Below are positions 25,012 through 38,135 of a stretch of DNA of 64,000 nucleotides, piece after piece. Location: positions 9,388,850 to 9,452,849 of the forward strand of contig NC_134029.1 in the NCBI RefSeq assembly GCF_964204645.1, read 5' to 3'. Each line of letters opens with the position of its first letter. The stretch's first letter is position 1. This DNA is from Tubulanus polymorphus. Taxonomy: Eukaryota > Animalia > Nemertea. The position numbers were made by a program, and so were the translations under genes. Under the pieces are notes generated by a model, which had not been told where the DNA came from, searched no databases, and was given only the letters and a program-made list of their open reading frames with translations.

Positions 25012-27561
25012 CCCTATGTTAACCCGGGTTGCGAATTTGCAACAAGGTTTTTGGGAGTGGCTCGTACCCTTATTGTTAATATTTGTTCATTATTAACCAA
25101 TGTTGCAGAATCACAACGTATTAGTAGTTTGTTTAAGCGTCGCGAGATGGCAGCACCTCACAATAACTTTTACTGGTTGGCATTGCGCAATGACTGTCTC
25201 CTTGAAGTAAGCAAGTCAGAATTTCTTAAGTAAGTTTTGCTCGATTATAAGCAATTCCTGGTTGTTTTCTTTAAAAGATCAGATGATGATCTTGAAATAT
25301 AAAGCCTAAAGAATAGAAATATTCACTAAATTGAATTTGGTTACATTCATGAATCTATAATTTAGCCCACGAATTTTGGGCGTGCAAAAATACAACATTG
25401 GTTGATCAGGGTAAAATGAAATTTTGAGATAAATTTTTTTATTTCAGTTTGTCCCCCTGCATTCAATTCTAAGGATTAAATATTAATTACCCTTGCATTT
25501 ACTGGTTCTTTTTTAATCATATTAGCAATCATGGAACGTAGCAAACGGAAGCGGATTAAATTTGATGATGTCCTGAATGCCGTGACAGGAAACGACAGTG
25601 ACCTTTCAGGTATTTCAGAGATGGAGGATGATGAAGCTGATGATGGTTGGGGAAATGAATCTGATAGAGGCGCAGATAATGATTCTGATGATACCGATGT
25701 TGGAGTGCCTGACTCGAAATCAGATGAGGAAACCGATGACGACGATGAACCCCTCAGCATGATAGCCGGCCGAAATAAAAAATCCAAGGGAATGGTGGCT
25801 TCTAATTACCGATTTCAACGAAAAGAGTTTGAAGTTTCTGTACCTGTAGACTTTGTTCTAGATCAAAATATTCCACCAGCTGCACTCAAAACTAATTGTG
25901 AATATTTCAGAGAAATTATCACAGATGATATGTTTGTTTAGTTGTTGTTGAGACTAAAAACTATGCAATGCAAAAAGATGGCTCAAATCTAAAACTCACA
26001 AAAGAAGAATTAGAAGTATTTATTGGCATTTATCTGCTAATGGGTCTTGTAAAAATGCCCCAGATTGGTAGTTATTGGTCAGTTTCATCGCGATATCCAC
26101 CAATAGCTGATGCAATGAGTAGGAATCGATTCATGAAAATTGCGATTATGTTACATTTTGTGGATAACAATTTGGTCACTGATGACCAAAAATTAGATAG
26201 AATTTGGAAGTTACGACCATGGCTGAAAAAATTCAAAGAGAACATCTTGAATGGATGTAATCCTACCGAGTTTCAATCAGTTGACGAGATTATGATTGGT
26301 TTCAAGGGTAGATCAATTGTTCGCCAATATCTACCAAAAAAACCAAAGAAATGGGGGATAAAGATGTGGGGACGTTGTTCAAATGATGGTTACTTGCATG
26401 ATTGTGATGTTTATTCAGGTCAGGGAACAGGAATTGTAGATAGTTGTCCAGAAGTTGAAGGTTGTGGTCTGGGTGGGAATGTTGTAATTCAGTTATGTAA
26501 CTCTTTGCCGGCTGGCCGTAATTTCAAGATTTGTGGTGACAATTACTTTACCAATTTCAAGATGGTAAATGAATTGAAAAAATGTCACATGTATTACATT
26601 GGTACTGCTAGAGCAGATCGTATCGGTAAAGCACCTGTCTTATCCGACAAAGAGCTACAAAAACGAAATAGGGGCAGTTATGATCTTGTCGTTGAAAAGA
26701 ATTCAAATATTGCAATCGTAAAGTGGCTAGATAATAAACCGGTCTTGGTCGTATCAAATTTCTTGGCTATAGATCCAGTAACTGAAGTAAAGCGATATGA
26801 TAAAAAAAAGAAAGAGCATATTCAAGTTCCCCGACCAGCAGTAATTGATGTATATAACAAGAATATGGGTGGCATAGATTTACTAGATATGCTTTGCACC
26901 CTATATAAACCTAGAATAAAAAGCAAGAGATGGTACATGTGCATCTTCTACCACACCATCACGCAGGCACTTGTTGACGCCTAGATCATGTATAAACGTG
27001 ATGCATCTGCTTTACGGTTAGCGAAGACTATTCCCATGAGGAATTTTCAGGCTTCAGTTGCAGAAGCCATGATCAAGGCTGGTAAAAAATCACGTGTTGG
27101 TCGGCCAAGTCTTGAAGCCTTGTTATCTCCTCCAGCCGTGAAAAAACGTAGGACTGTCATTAACCAACCAGTCAATGACATTAGATTTGATTGCTTAGAT
27201 CATTGGCCGACCATAACGGAAACTCGTTCAAGGTGTAGGCTTTGTCCAAGTGGTTATACGCAAACTAAGTGTTCGAAATGCAATGTATACCTCTGTTTGA
27301 AGAGTAAATCAAACTGTTTTGTTGGTTTCCACAAAAAGTAACTGTGTTTTTCGAAATAAAACGTTTTTATCTGAATATATTTTCTTGTTGAGTTTATCAA
27401 ATATTTTCCACATTTTACCAATGTTGTGGATTTGCAAAACTAGGTCAAACAGATACATGGATAAAAATAGCGATAGATATCCACTATTAGTATCTTAACA
27501 TGTTCTGAAAATGAATTGCATAATTTTTTGACAACCAGAAATGTCCTTGGTTAACATAGGG
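25012..27561 (+). mobile_element. Complete piggyBac transposon
   Basis: TTAA TSDs at 25008-25011 and 27562-27565. 13-bp TIRs CCCTATGTTAACC / GGTTAACATAGGG. Encodes a transposase. Confidence 0.95.
25531..27341 (+). pseudogene. piggyBac (PGBD-like) transposase with one frameshift (~25937) and one nonsense codon (26982-26984)
   Basis: Acidic N-terminus, DDD triad motifs SVDE / GDNYFT / GGIDLLD, KPKKWGIK, and a C-terminal Cys-rich domain RCRLC..KCSKCNVYLC..CF..FH. Confidence 0.92.
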
Positions 27562-29731
27562 TTAAGAGATATTTCGGAAACAAAAGAAGGACAAACGATG
27601 GAAGTGGTTCCATTTTCTATTTATGTGGTACATATAATGTATCATGTAATTTCTCAGGGACTATACTCGTAGTAGTAATAGTGCTACACGGATTGTCAGT
27701 GATGAACACAATAATCAGGCCAGGACATGGTGTTCTCTTACCAAAGATAGGCGTAGTGGATAACGGCGCCAGCACTTGGAAACACACTTTTGCCACACCC
27801 TTTTTACAGGTGCCAAAGTATAAGTATTCCTAATTTTGATTTTCACAATGGTAGCGATTAATTCTGAAAGGTCGAGAGTGAATTGATACTTTCTATGAGG
27901 AATCATCGTAACGTATTAGTTGGGCACATAGTTAAGGACATTAACATAGTCAAAGATCTGATTCCCATCACAATTACAAAAGCATAGTTAGAAAAGTCGA
28001 GAAGCCCAAAAAGAGCCCTTGCTCTGTTTATGGGAATTTTTAAGAAGAGCCTTTTTTTGGTCTTTCTACTGACGAGGATCAAGCTAAGCTGTCCAAAAAT
28101 GTAACAGACGTCGAGAATATGGCTAAATTGAATACTGAACATAACAAAACCATTTCGGTTGAGCTTACCATTTATACGTCATCTGTTGATGCTCGCATCA
28201 GCAATGTCATTGAGGGCGTTAAAAACAATTCAAGAAATATGGATCAATTGGCGAAAGATGTTGCAACAAATTTTCAGGATCAAGATTATTATTATAAACG
28301 ATTAATTTTATTGATAATCAAACAACTGATGTTTGACTATCAGTCAATGATAGATCTCACACGAACAACGCAGCAAAGGCTTTTGGCAACCCAAACTCTT
28401 TTAGAGGGCTAAATGCCAATGAAATTCATTTCCCTGAAAGATTTTGAATGGGTGTTACAGCATGTTAGGAAAGAACTTCAGGCTAAGTTCGCCGATTTCA
28501 ATATCCAGCACAATGAATAAGGCTTTCATTATCAGGTACAGGATATGGTTTTCACGAAAACAAATGATAATTTATATATCACCATCAATATTCCTTAATC
28601 CTCGACTAACGCTTCCTTCAGCTTGTACAATGTGATGGCTTTTTCTGTTCCTTGTAATTCTTGGACTACATGCAGTACTTTATTATCTGGTTTACCTGAT
28701 TATTTTGGTATCACAGACAATGGGCAAATTGATATGGAACTAACGTCTAAATTATATTCGTCATGTTCAGGAAAATACATACAATCCTGCACAACGGCTA
28801 TGTCTATGAAATAGTGGAACATTGCCAGTTGCGCACTAGCTATATATCGGGATGAGCCGAATTTGGTAACTTAAGATACAAACCAACCTCTGCATTATTT
28901 GAGGGGGCTATTCAAGTTAAGGGCAGCTTGTATCTCGTATCAGGGAAGCCTGGAACATGGGACATGAAGACTGTGAAGATCGGGGAAAATGAAATTAGTT
29001 CATCATATAGGAACTCTGTGGTGTGTGTTGACTTGGCATTTTGGACATTTCTTACATCTCACTTGAGAAGAATTCAAAGATTTCCGTTGCGACAACTCCG
29101 TTGTAATATTTGATCATTAAAGAAAGCTTATCGATGCAGGTGTTCTGAGGGAAGAAGGTTCTGCTGCCACAAAGTATGCTGACAGTAGTATTATTGCAGA
29201 AACTATACAGCAAGCTACAGCGACTGTACTAAAAAACGGTACTGCAACAAAGAGGTGGAGATAATCAGGGAATCCTTTCAGCAATACGCTAATGCAATAG
29301 AGATCCGCAGATGTACCAACAATCCCGCGTTGAGGATGGTCGTGGATGAAATGATGGAGAGTAATAAGTACACTTATACAAAAGGAAAATGAAATGTAAA
29401 TGTCTTTATTATGGTTTATCAGAAAACTTCAGTGCTGGTGCTGAAATTGAAAAGGCCTAGCCAGTTGAAAATACCTACCCAGTGCATCGATAAGGACTGA
29501 CTGCAGCTGTCATTGTAAGTCATGGTGCCGTTGCAAAAAAGACAAAGAATTTCACAGGATTTACATGGTACACAAAGTCAAAGGATTCACGTCTTTTCTG
29601 AATATTTACAGGAAGAAGACATTCTGGAATCACTGAAGAAGTTATCGGTGACTGAGTTGACCATTGATGCAGCCTGCACTGTGTTTGGACTGGGCAACAC
29701 CATAAAATATTCTGATTAAATCATTATTACT

Positions 29732-30993
29732 AACTAGGGGTCCAGGGATACCATGCCCACTTGGGAAGTGGTTCCAAATGCTCAACAAATCTAACCATTT
29801 CAATATTCGACGCCCCCTGGTGACCATATAGAAAAACCAATGACCTTGAAACTCACCACAATCATAGAACATGTCAGCAGCTACGATCGTGTAATTGATT
29901 GTGATAACACAATATGCCTCGTTACCAATTTAATATGGAAATACTAAGTCATTCTACTATTTAACACCCCCTGGTGACCATATTCAAAACCCAATGACCT
30001 CGAAACTCACCACAATCATAGAACATGTCATGAACTACAACTTTGCAATTGATCATGGTAACAAAATATGCCTAGGTACCAATATAATAAGGAAATACTA
30101 AGTTATTCTACTATTCAACGCCCCCTGGTGACCATATAGAAAAACTAATGTCCTTAAAACTCGCAACAATCATAGATGATGTCATGAGCTACAACTTTCC
30201 AATTGATTGTGGTTACAAAATATGCATAGGTACGAATATAATAAAGAAATGCTAAGATATTGGATTATTCAACGCCCCCTGGTGGCATATACAAAATCCA
30301 ATGACCTTGAAACTTACCACAATCATAGAACATGTTATGAGCTACAACTTTCTAGATGATTGTGGTAGCAAAATACGCTTAGGTATCAATATAATGTGGA
30401 AAAACCTTTTCCCACTTACGAATGAGTACTGGTGACACCAAGATGGCCACCAATTGCGTCATAATTGGCTGATGAAAAATACCTGTCTCAGGTATTAAAC
30501 ATCCCTTTCCAAAGAATACCCATCACAAATTGCAATAAGAAATGGTAAACCAGTAGGAAGCTACAGGACTCAGGATTCGGGCCAAAATTAACATTTTTGG
30601 GCACTGAAAAGGTCATAGGACGGCCATCTTGAGTCTGATCGACCTAATTTTTGTTATACTGATGGGCCCTGGGGGGATTCACATATATCCGAAAGATCAA
30701 GCTAATTGATCAAAGCGTCTTCAAAATTTCCCTCAAAAAGTTCAAAAATGTGTAAAAAGTGCTGATTTTGGCGAACAAGAATGGCTGCCAGTCGGCCATC
30801 TTGAATCTGACAGGGCCAGTTTTCGGGCTGAAGATGTGTCTAGGGTAGATACATGTGTAACCCAAATATCAAGACGTTACCTTGAAGCATCTTCAAAACT
30901 TCCCAAAATAACTGGATTCCGTCTACGGACGGACGACGGACGAAAAGTGAACGCAATAGCCCGCTGGGACTTAAGTCCCAAGTGGGCTAAAAA
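29732..30993 (-). mobile_element. HINE/Helentron-like element, family 1, copy 2
   Basis: Near-identical to 532-1807. Sub-TIRs GCCCACTTGGG/CCCAAGTGGGC, terminal hairpin, GTCC microsatellite and ~154-bp tandem units. Confidence 0.8.
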
Positions 30994-31299
30994 TGCTTAA
31001 AGGGCAAATGCAATATGTTTATTAATTCATTTCACTTCTAGGCACATGCTTTTCATGCTCGAGAATTCTTTCCATGCATCATAAACCATGCAACATCAGA
31101 TATGTTGGAATGAATCATACATCAGATAAACTATAGGTAATGATAAACTATAGGCGTATGAAACGTGTTTTATATGCTTCCATTGTTTTTATTACATGTA
31201 CACAGCATTTTTATGGCATTTGAGTTTAAAAATGTCATTGTTTTATGGTATTTTTCGGATATCATTTAGATGTCGTCATTGTAAAATTAATCATAATTT

Positions 31300-31965
31300 T
31301 GATAAGTATGGCAATGATCTAGAAGGATACCAGTTCTATGAAAAAGAAAGGGACGCTGTAGTTGCAACTAGAGCGGTGATCATTGATTGACAGGTTTTCA
31401 ATCTGCAGTGGTATCTTACGTGAGTGCGACTATTTAAATTTTGTTATTTACTTATCTATCATGGTTTAAACTCAGGTGAAATCATTGTATTTTCATACAT
31501 TTTGCATATAGTTCATATATCTTTTTCGTGTTTCATTGTATTAATTTTTCAGCCAGCATGCTCGGGTGTCCTTTCAAGGTTTTGCTGAAAGTTGGTGTGA
31601 AGCATTTTCTCAGCCAAAGGACATAGGTAGTTAATGTTTGAAATAAAACTTTCAAAGCTATCCAATGTCAGTTTTAAGTGTTTCTAGAAATTCTATTGCA
31701 TGTTTGCTTCATTACTATTTTCGATCTAGGTATTTTTCAATCTATTTGTAACAATTGACAGCTTCTGTCATATTTTTAGAAACTGATCGACGAGTATGGG
31801 CTGATAGCTTCTTGTGGGGAGGGGTAGAGTCTGAGTTAAGGCGTCTGAAAAAAATCAATTACAGATTCCGCAAAGCATCTGACAGAGAGAAGTGCATGCA
31901 ATGGATAGAAGACAGCCTTATGTCCACACAGAAAGTGATTGTGCTCCAGAATGTGTTGCACGAGG
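31300..31965 (+). pseudogene. Intron-containing remnant resembling KDZ/HMGXB3-like cysteine-cluster transposon proteins
   Basis: Exon-like blocks GYQFYEKERDAVVAT..., VSFQGFAESW and DRRVWADSF with GT/AG borders. The family assignment is from memory and tentative. Confidence 0.3.
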
Positions 31966-31975
31966 TAGACATGAG

Positions 31976-32300
31976 ATTTGAGTCGATCAGTAGGTGAAAC
32001 AATGCAAGGTGTGTCTCGAAAAGATATCAGGCGGAACTGTAGTCATACAATGTTGGATCCCAATGGAAAGAGTAGCAGTTGATGTCATGGGCCCTCCGCG
32101 AAATTTGTACCCTACAGGAGATTCATCAAACCAACCCAAATTAACGGACGGAAATCCGATCCGAAAACTCCAGTAGAACTGGACTGGGCCGTATACCATA
32201 ATGAAACGACTATCAGACGCCCTGTATGAGGTCCAGGACAAGCTGTCCAGCCTCCCCAAAGATTGTGCACTTTGATTGACTAAAACCATATTTAGGAGTG
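31976..32300 (+). pseudogene. Integrase remnant of an older (host) Gypsy
   Basis: VKQCKVC, PMERVAVDVMGP and KLQ.NWTGPY.I..RLSD.LYEV motifs with internal deletions. Confidence 0.7.
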
Positions 32301-32805
32301 CAATACCGATCTCTACTGAGTCGAGCCCGAAACAGACAAAATGACGATGACAGACGATACAGAGACTAGACTTAAAACCCAGCAGCCGTACCTGCCCAAA
32401 ACGCCAACGCCCAGATTATCTCTACTTGTAGGTACTGTCCACTGGCTGAATAGCAAAGTACACCTCACTCAATCGCTCTTGTCTTTTTTTATTTTGCAGG
32501 TCATCGAATTTTAAATGTCGTGGCTGTCGGGACAGTTTTTGGTCCAAAGAAAACCTCAAACGTCATGAGGAAAGGAGCGAAGCAGTGACGCACGATGGCG
32601 TTAAATACGAATGCAAGAAGTGCAGTCGTGTCAGCGACCGGGGCGACTAGCTACGACGCCACACCAGACGTCACCATGGTACATCGCAGTGTGTTGTCAA
32701 AATTATGGAGGAGGGTTGGGACACACCGCCAGAAATATGCGTCGACCACGCAGAGGATAAGAGGAAGGTGGAGTTTGTGGAAGCAGTACGAGAGAAGAGA
32801 AGAAA

Positions 32806-33318
32806 TGTGACAGCGGTATTATTGATTTATGTTATTGATTTTCAGCAGCAGTTCGATTCATAAATAGAACTGCTGCTGCAAAAGAAAACTCAAACTTTGT
32901 GACATAAATTAATGTGAAAATGTCGGATTTTGGGATCAACAACTGCTGTGGCAAACTATAATTCAAACTTTATGTCAGAATTTAATGAGAAATGTCAAGT
33001 TAATCGTCACGTCACTTTAGATTGAAAGGTTTTTGTCCAACGCAGGTTGAGCTAACGACAACGCCGGTTGAGCTAACGACAATTTTGACTGTTTTGGTAA
33101 TGTCTTTATTGATAAGATAATTAAGAAGTGAACTATATATACTAGTTGTTTTGGACCGTTGAGTGAGACCCCTGTAACCATCTAGATCGTTGAGATCAGT
33201 TCGCTGAATAAAGTACTACTGAAGACAGGAACTCTGTGTGCTGTGACTTGTTTTCTTCTTGGACGTTTTGTGGTATTTTCACTCACTCAAGCGAAATTCA
33301 AAGATCCCGTTGTTGACA
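32806..33318 (+). repeat. 5' LTR (513 bp)
   Basis: TGTGACA...TGACA, followed by a tRNA-Ala-like PBS. Confidence 0.9.
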
Positions 33319-33708
33319 AATGGTGGAGAACCTGGCGGGCATTTTACTTGAGTGAGGTATCGAGCTATTTAACAAAACCATTGCGGAAACAATGATAAAT
33401 CACTGGAACAGCACAGGAAGTTGGAACTCGAGAAAACACACGGGAAAATGGATTTTGGTAAATATTGAACAATACTTGTTATCTCATTTTTATTTCTTCG
33501 TGTACGTAGAACAATTTTCTGTGGATAGACCAGATATTTTGCCGTCTCCTCCGGTCTATCATACATTTAATTGACTTTATATTGAAGAAGCTAGAAACTA
33601 TTTGATTGAATTTGTGTGTGCCAGTCAAACAATGTCTGGAATGGACCGCGCTTTGTCAGATAGACTAGCTGAAATGACTACGATATCAGTGATTATCTTC
33701 TTCATAGA

Positions 33709-34175
33709 CTCCAACTTGTGCAAAATAGAGCTGCTAGGATTATTACACTCACTAAGTCACGTGATCACATCTCTACGATTCTCCGTTCACTTCATTGGCT
33801 ACCAGTACGCAGACGGATCTTATTTAAAGTTGCTTTGCTGGTTTTTAAGTGCCTCCATAACTTGGCACCCTCCTACCTCTCCAGCCTGTTAACAGTTTAC
33901 AGACCAGTCCGAACACTTCGTTCCGGGTCGCAGAACCTTTTGTTTAATCAGATCATGTCATCTTAAGTCATTCGGCGGACACGCATTTGAGACATTTGCA
34001 CCTACAGTGTGGAACTCCCTTCCGCAACCTCTCCGTGATATTGACTCTCTGCCAGCACTCAAAGCACAGCTCAAGACATTTCTGTTCAAGTCACCATCTT
34101 CGTCTGGAGAGCGCCTTTGATAATAGCCCTGCTATTTACAAGGCGCTATAGAAATTTACAATCCTATCCTATCCT
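33709..34175 (+). mobile_element. 5'-truncated L2/CR1 LINE 3' end
   Basis: LQLVQNRAARII...HISTILRSLHWLPVRRRILFK...APSYL (ORF2 C-terminus), then GCGCTATA and an (ATCCT)n tail. Confidence 0.85.
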
Positions 34176-34179
34176 GACC

Positions 34180-37100
34180 TACGAAGGATCCGAACAGTTG
34201 TTTAGCCCGCTGGGCAATGAAATATTTCAATGCAGATGCTTTGTCGAGACCGGTTTATTCAATCCCAACATTAATTGGTAGTAACGAGGATGGATATCCG
34301 TTTCAAATTAAAATTGATGGTGAAATGAATGACAAAGCAAATGATTGTAAAACCTGTACTTGCGATTTTCAGTGTGGATGTGTAGATGATATTATTGATA
34401 TCAATAATAAGGGTTTTTCCTTATCTTTCGATTTGCCTCATGATGCCTCTAACGTGCGCGATAACGCGTGCGTAATGATAAATAATGATGAGAATGAATT
34501 AAGCGCTGAGAATATGTTAATGAGCAAAAGCTCCAATGAAAACGATCGCAAGGCTGTGTTCAATGCTGGAGGCGACACAGACACCTTGTACCCCATGGGG
34601 ATAAACAAAAATGAAAAAGAGATAAATGAAACTGAAATAGGGATCAATGAAAATGTACAAAGGAAATATAACACAAACAATGGGATAAACGGATAAACGA
34701 ATATTCCTAATGCTGAGGAACATGATACTGATGGTGGTAATGAGCCTAAAACAGATGGGATAGACCCTAAGGGCATTATTGATGAGAATATAACCTTACA
34801 ACCAGAGGAACTTTTACAGATGCAAGTGGAAGATGATTATTTGCGTCCGATGATCAATTATTTATTGAAGGATGTATTACCAGAGGTCGATAAATATGCT
34901 AGAAAGATCGTTATATCTAGTCCAGATTACTATCTGGATGATAACGGTATTTTGCATCATTTGTGGGTTAATGGGGCGAATGTTTTTCATCAATTAGTAA
35001 TTCCGAAACCATTAAGATCAGAAATACTATATGCGCTATAATATATACTATATGCGCTACATGACATACTGAGTGGGCATTTTGGTATTTCTCGTACCTT
35101 ACATAAAGCGAGAGAGAGATACTTTTGGAATAGTATGTATGAAGACATATATTCTCCTGCATTATACCTAATGCTCGTAATTCCATGAGATTGTCGTCAC
35201 CTCCGATATGTCACTGTGTTGCCTACTTCCGGTCCGAATAGCCGTGTTCGAGAGGAGCTCTCATTTTTATCGCTTATTTGACACTTTTCCTTTTATCATC
35301 TAGTCAATTCAATTCTAGATTTATATTTAATACTTTTTCTTTTTTCAGTAGAGTTTAACCGTTTTTTAAACTAGAGAATTGAATTTTATCTTTTTTGTGA
35401 CGGACCCACGTGGTGCTGTCGGCCATTTGCATTTTCTTTTTGGCCTTATCCTAGTTTCTTAAATTTGGACCTTTGGGTGCCATCATATTAATATTAACTG
35501 ACGGACCCTCGGGGTGCTGTTTTTCATTCTACTAAAATGTCCAAGAACATTTCTCGCTATCCGTCGCGTGACGTTTTTGATTTAGCGCAAGAGGTCACTG
35601 TTGAAACCTCCGATTTGAATATTGCCGATAGTGACTATATATCGTGTTCTATTAATGAAGGCAAATCACAGGCTTATAGCCTGTTAACGGGATTGAGTTT
35701 ACCGCCCGTTCAATCTAGGGTTTCGAAGGAAAAGCCTTTAAAGTCGACTTCGACATCAAAAGGTAAAGCTTTGGGTAATGACCCTTCAAATAAAGCAACT
35801 CATTTAAATCCGATTCTGTTATGGCGGAATTCCTTAAAATGAAAAAACGGCTTGAAACATTAGAGTCTAAAGTTGTCTGTGAAGACGTTTATGATGATGA
35901 AATAGTTTCGGAACCTTCTGGGTTTAATCGTCTGTTTAACGAGACTTTACCTGATGATAATAACAATAATATAGCTGCAAAGCAGCGATAACGGGTTTTC
36001 TGGATGCATGTGATCGAAAGGAAAAATTAATTACCGGGTATTCGATGGAAAAAATAAAATGAGATGATTTGGATATTATCGGAGCAATCCTCTTTTTGGT
36101 TGAATGGTCTAACCCCAGTATAGTCCCCCGTGATTTGGAAATTCTCGGAGCCCTCCTTTATTTACTTACTAAATGACGTCACAAACTGTTATTTCGCCGG
36201 TGCTTGTTGTCTTACAATTCAATTCAATTCTTTATTTACAGTAACCTAATAAGTAATTTTAAGTTTCAAATAGGATGGAAATCAGACAATCTGTTGGTTC
36301 AGAGAGACCGTTATTACAGTATCAATTTATACATTTCGTTTCGAAGCTGTCAGTTGCCGAATCTGAATGAAGATGAATTTTATTTGACGAAATCGGCGGA
36401 AAATATATAATAATAATAATAATCAACAGAATTTTCAAGAGGGTTTTCGACGAAAGTCAGAAAACCCTAATAATTAATCAGGATGATGATTTAATTTAAC
36501 TTTTCAAAGATGAGTTAGCCGGTCTTCGGGCGAATGGCCCTCTGTTGCGTCAAGATTTGGCAAATATCGTTCGCTCTATTGTGGAAAAGTCAAAGGTTGA
36601 AAAATCCTGAAAATAAGAAAGAATTTGTCGACAAAGTCGAGGAAATTAGTAAAAAGTATCTCTGCCCGGAGAACTTATGGGAGTTGAATCCGACTCGGGT
36701 TAATCAGGCTATTTGGTGCAAGTTACCCAAAGATATGACTGCTCTGGATTCCAATTTACAGAAAGTCCAGTTTTATAATCTTCGGGGAATGACTGCAATT
36801 AGTCAGGCAGTTGAATTATTGTCAGATAAAGCACCTGTTGACAAAAGTCAAGCTCTAAGATGCTTTTTTCTAGAGCTAATTACTCATTAAATCTTCGTCG
36901 AAGAGATTTATTAAAACGTAACTTTAATCAAAAGTACATATTTTTGTAAAATATTGGGTTAAAAGTTGTGAAGATTGTGCTACGAGGAAGAAACCTCAAA
37001 AGTCAGTTAAAGCGCCATAAATTCCCATCAAAGTAGGTGGACCGTTTGATAGAATAGCTATGGATATATTAGGGCCCTTGAAGAAATCATACGATGAGTA

Positions 37101-38117
37101 CCAGTATATATTAGTGTGCACTGAATATTTAACCCAATGGACACACACATTTGCATTAAAAGAAATCTATGCTATCACAATCACTTGAGTGTTTCAACGC
37201 GAAATTGATACACGAATTATGCAAATTATGCAATGCGTCTAAAATCAGAACGTCTGCATATCATCCCCAAGCGGATGGTTTAGTTGAGCGAATCAACAAA
37301 AATATCTGCAACAGTATGTCTCAATATACGGACAAACATCAAAGAGATTGGCCAGATTTCCTTCTAAGCATCACGTTCGCTCATAACGCGTCTATTTGCG
37401 AATCCACTTTGTATTTGCCGTTTGAATCGATTTATGGCAGGAAGGCAGTTTTGCCGATCGATGTGACCTTGCTCTCTAATACACCCAATTTGACAGGAAT
37501 ATTATGATGATGTTGTGAGTAAGATCAAGGTTGTTTACGAGATAGCTAGACAGAATATCGATAAAGCGCAAGCGCGTATGAAAGTCTATTATGATCGGGG
37601 TAGTAAAGAACCGGATTTTCAAGTCGGTCTATCAGTTTGGCTTTACAACCCTTTTGTCCCAAAAGGGCATTGTAAGAAGTTTGTACACCACCATTTGGGA
37701 CCTTATAAAATATTACAGCAGACTTCGCCAGTGAATTATTCACTCGTTCATACGAAAGAGAGACGACAATACGAAAATAGTTCATTGTAATCGAATGAAA
37801 TTGTATGTTGACCCAAAGGACAGACCAATCGATTTACCATCAGATAGGAACGAATCGGTACCTGACACCGAAGCGGATGAAGGGAATCAATCCGATTCCG
37901 ATGATTCAGGGGATAATTTGGAAGATGAAGATGATATTTATACAGTAGAAAAGATCTTGAAATCGCATTTTGATAAGGGGGGAAATGAACGATTCCTTAG
38001 TCAAATGGAAGGGTTATGGCATGAAAGATGGCACATGGGAGTTCGAAAAATAGTTTTATTGATAAAACGCCCTTGGAGATATTTCGGAGGCCAAAGAAGG
38101 ACAAACGAGGGAAGTAG
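34180..38117 (+). pseudogene. Gypsy pol remnant: RNase H end, acidic linker, H2C2 integrase, GPY and chromodomain
   Basis: LARWAM, NADALSR, H..GHFG..RYFW..|.VKSCEDC, FDRIAMDILGP, TSAYHPQADGLVER, LGPYKI and YTVEKIL..FLVKWKGYG..TWE. Interrupted by the 35149-36946 insert. Confidence 0.85.
35149..36946 (+). mobile_element. DIRS-like (tyrosine-recombinase retrotransposon) ORF1 remnant inserted into the integrase zinc-binding region
   Basis: Splits YFWNSMYEDI from KYWVKSCEDC. Contains YLCPENLWELNPTRVNQAIW.KL..D..LQKVQ and LNLRRRDLLK, typical of DIRS gag-like ORF1. Confidence 0.6.
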
Positions 38118-38135
38118 TTCCATTTCCTAATTACG

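Larger units (their letters stand above)
24400..28970 (+). pseudogene. env-bearing Gypsy, decayed copy B (integrase C-terminus, chromodomain, env), interrupted by piggyBac
   Basis: Collinear with 37470-39170: YLGPFKI, FLVKWKGYG chromodomain, env WKHTF and RSPKR|ALALFMG..K.LF. Many stops and frameshifts. Confidence 0.8.

Noticed and set aside
34201-34214. TTTAGCCCGCTGGG resembling a HINE terminus at a deletion junction
   Set aside because: It encodes the Gypsy RNase H motif LARWAM in frame, so the match is coincidental.
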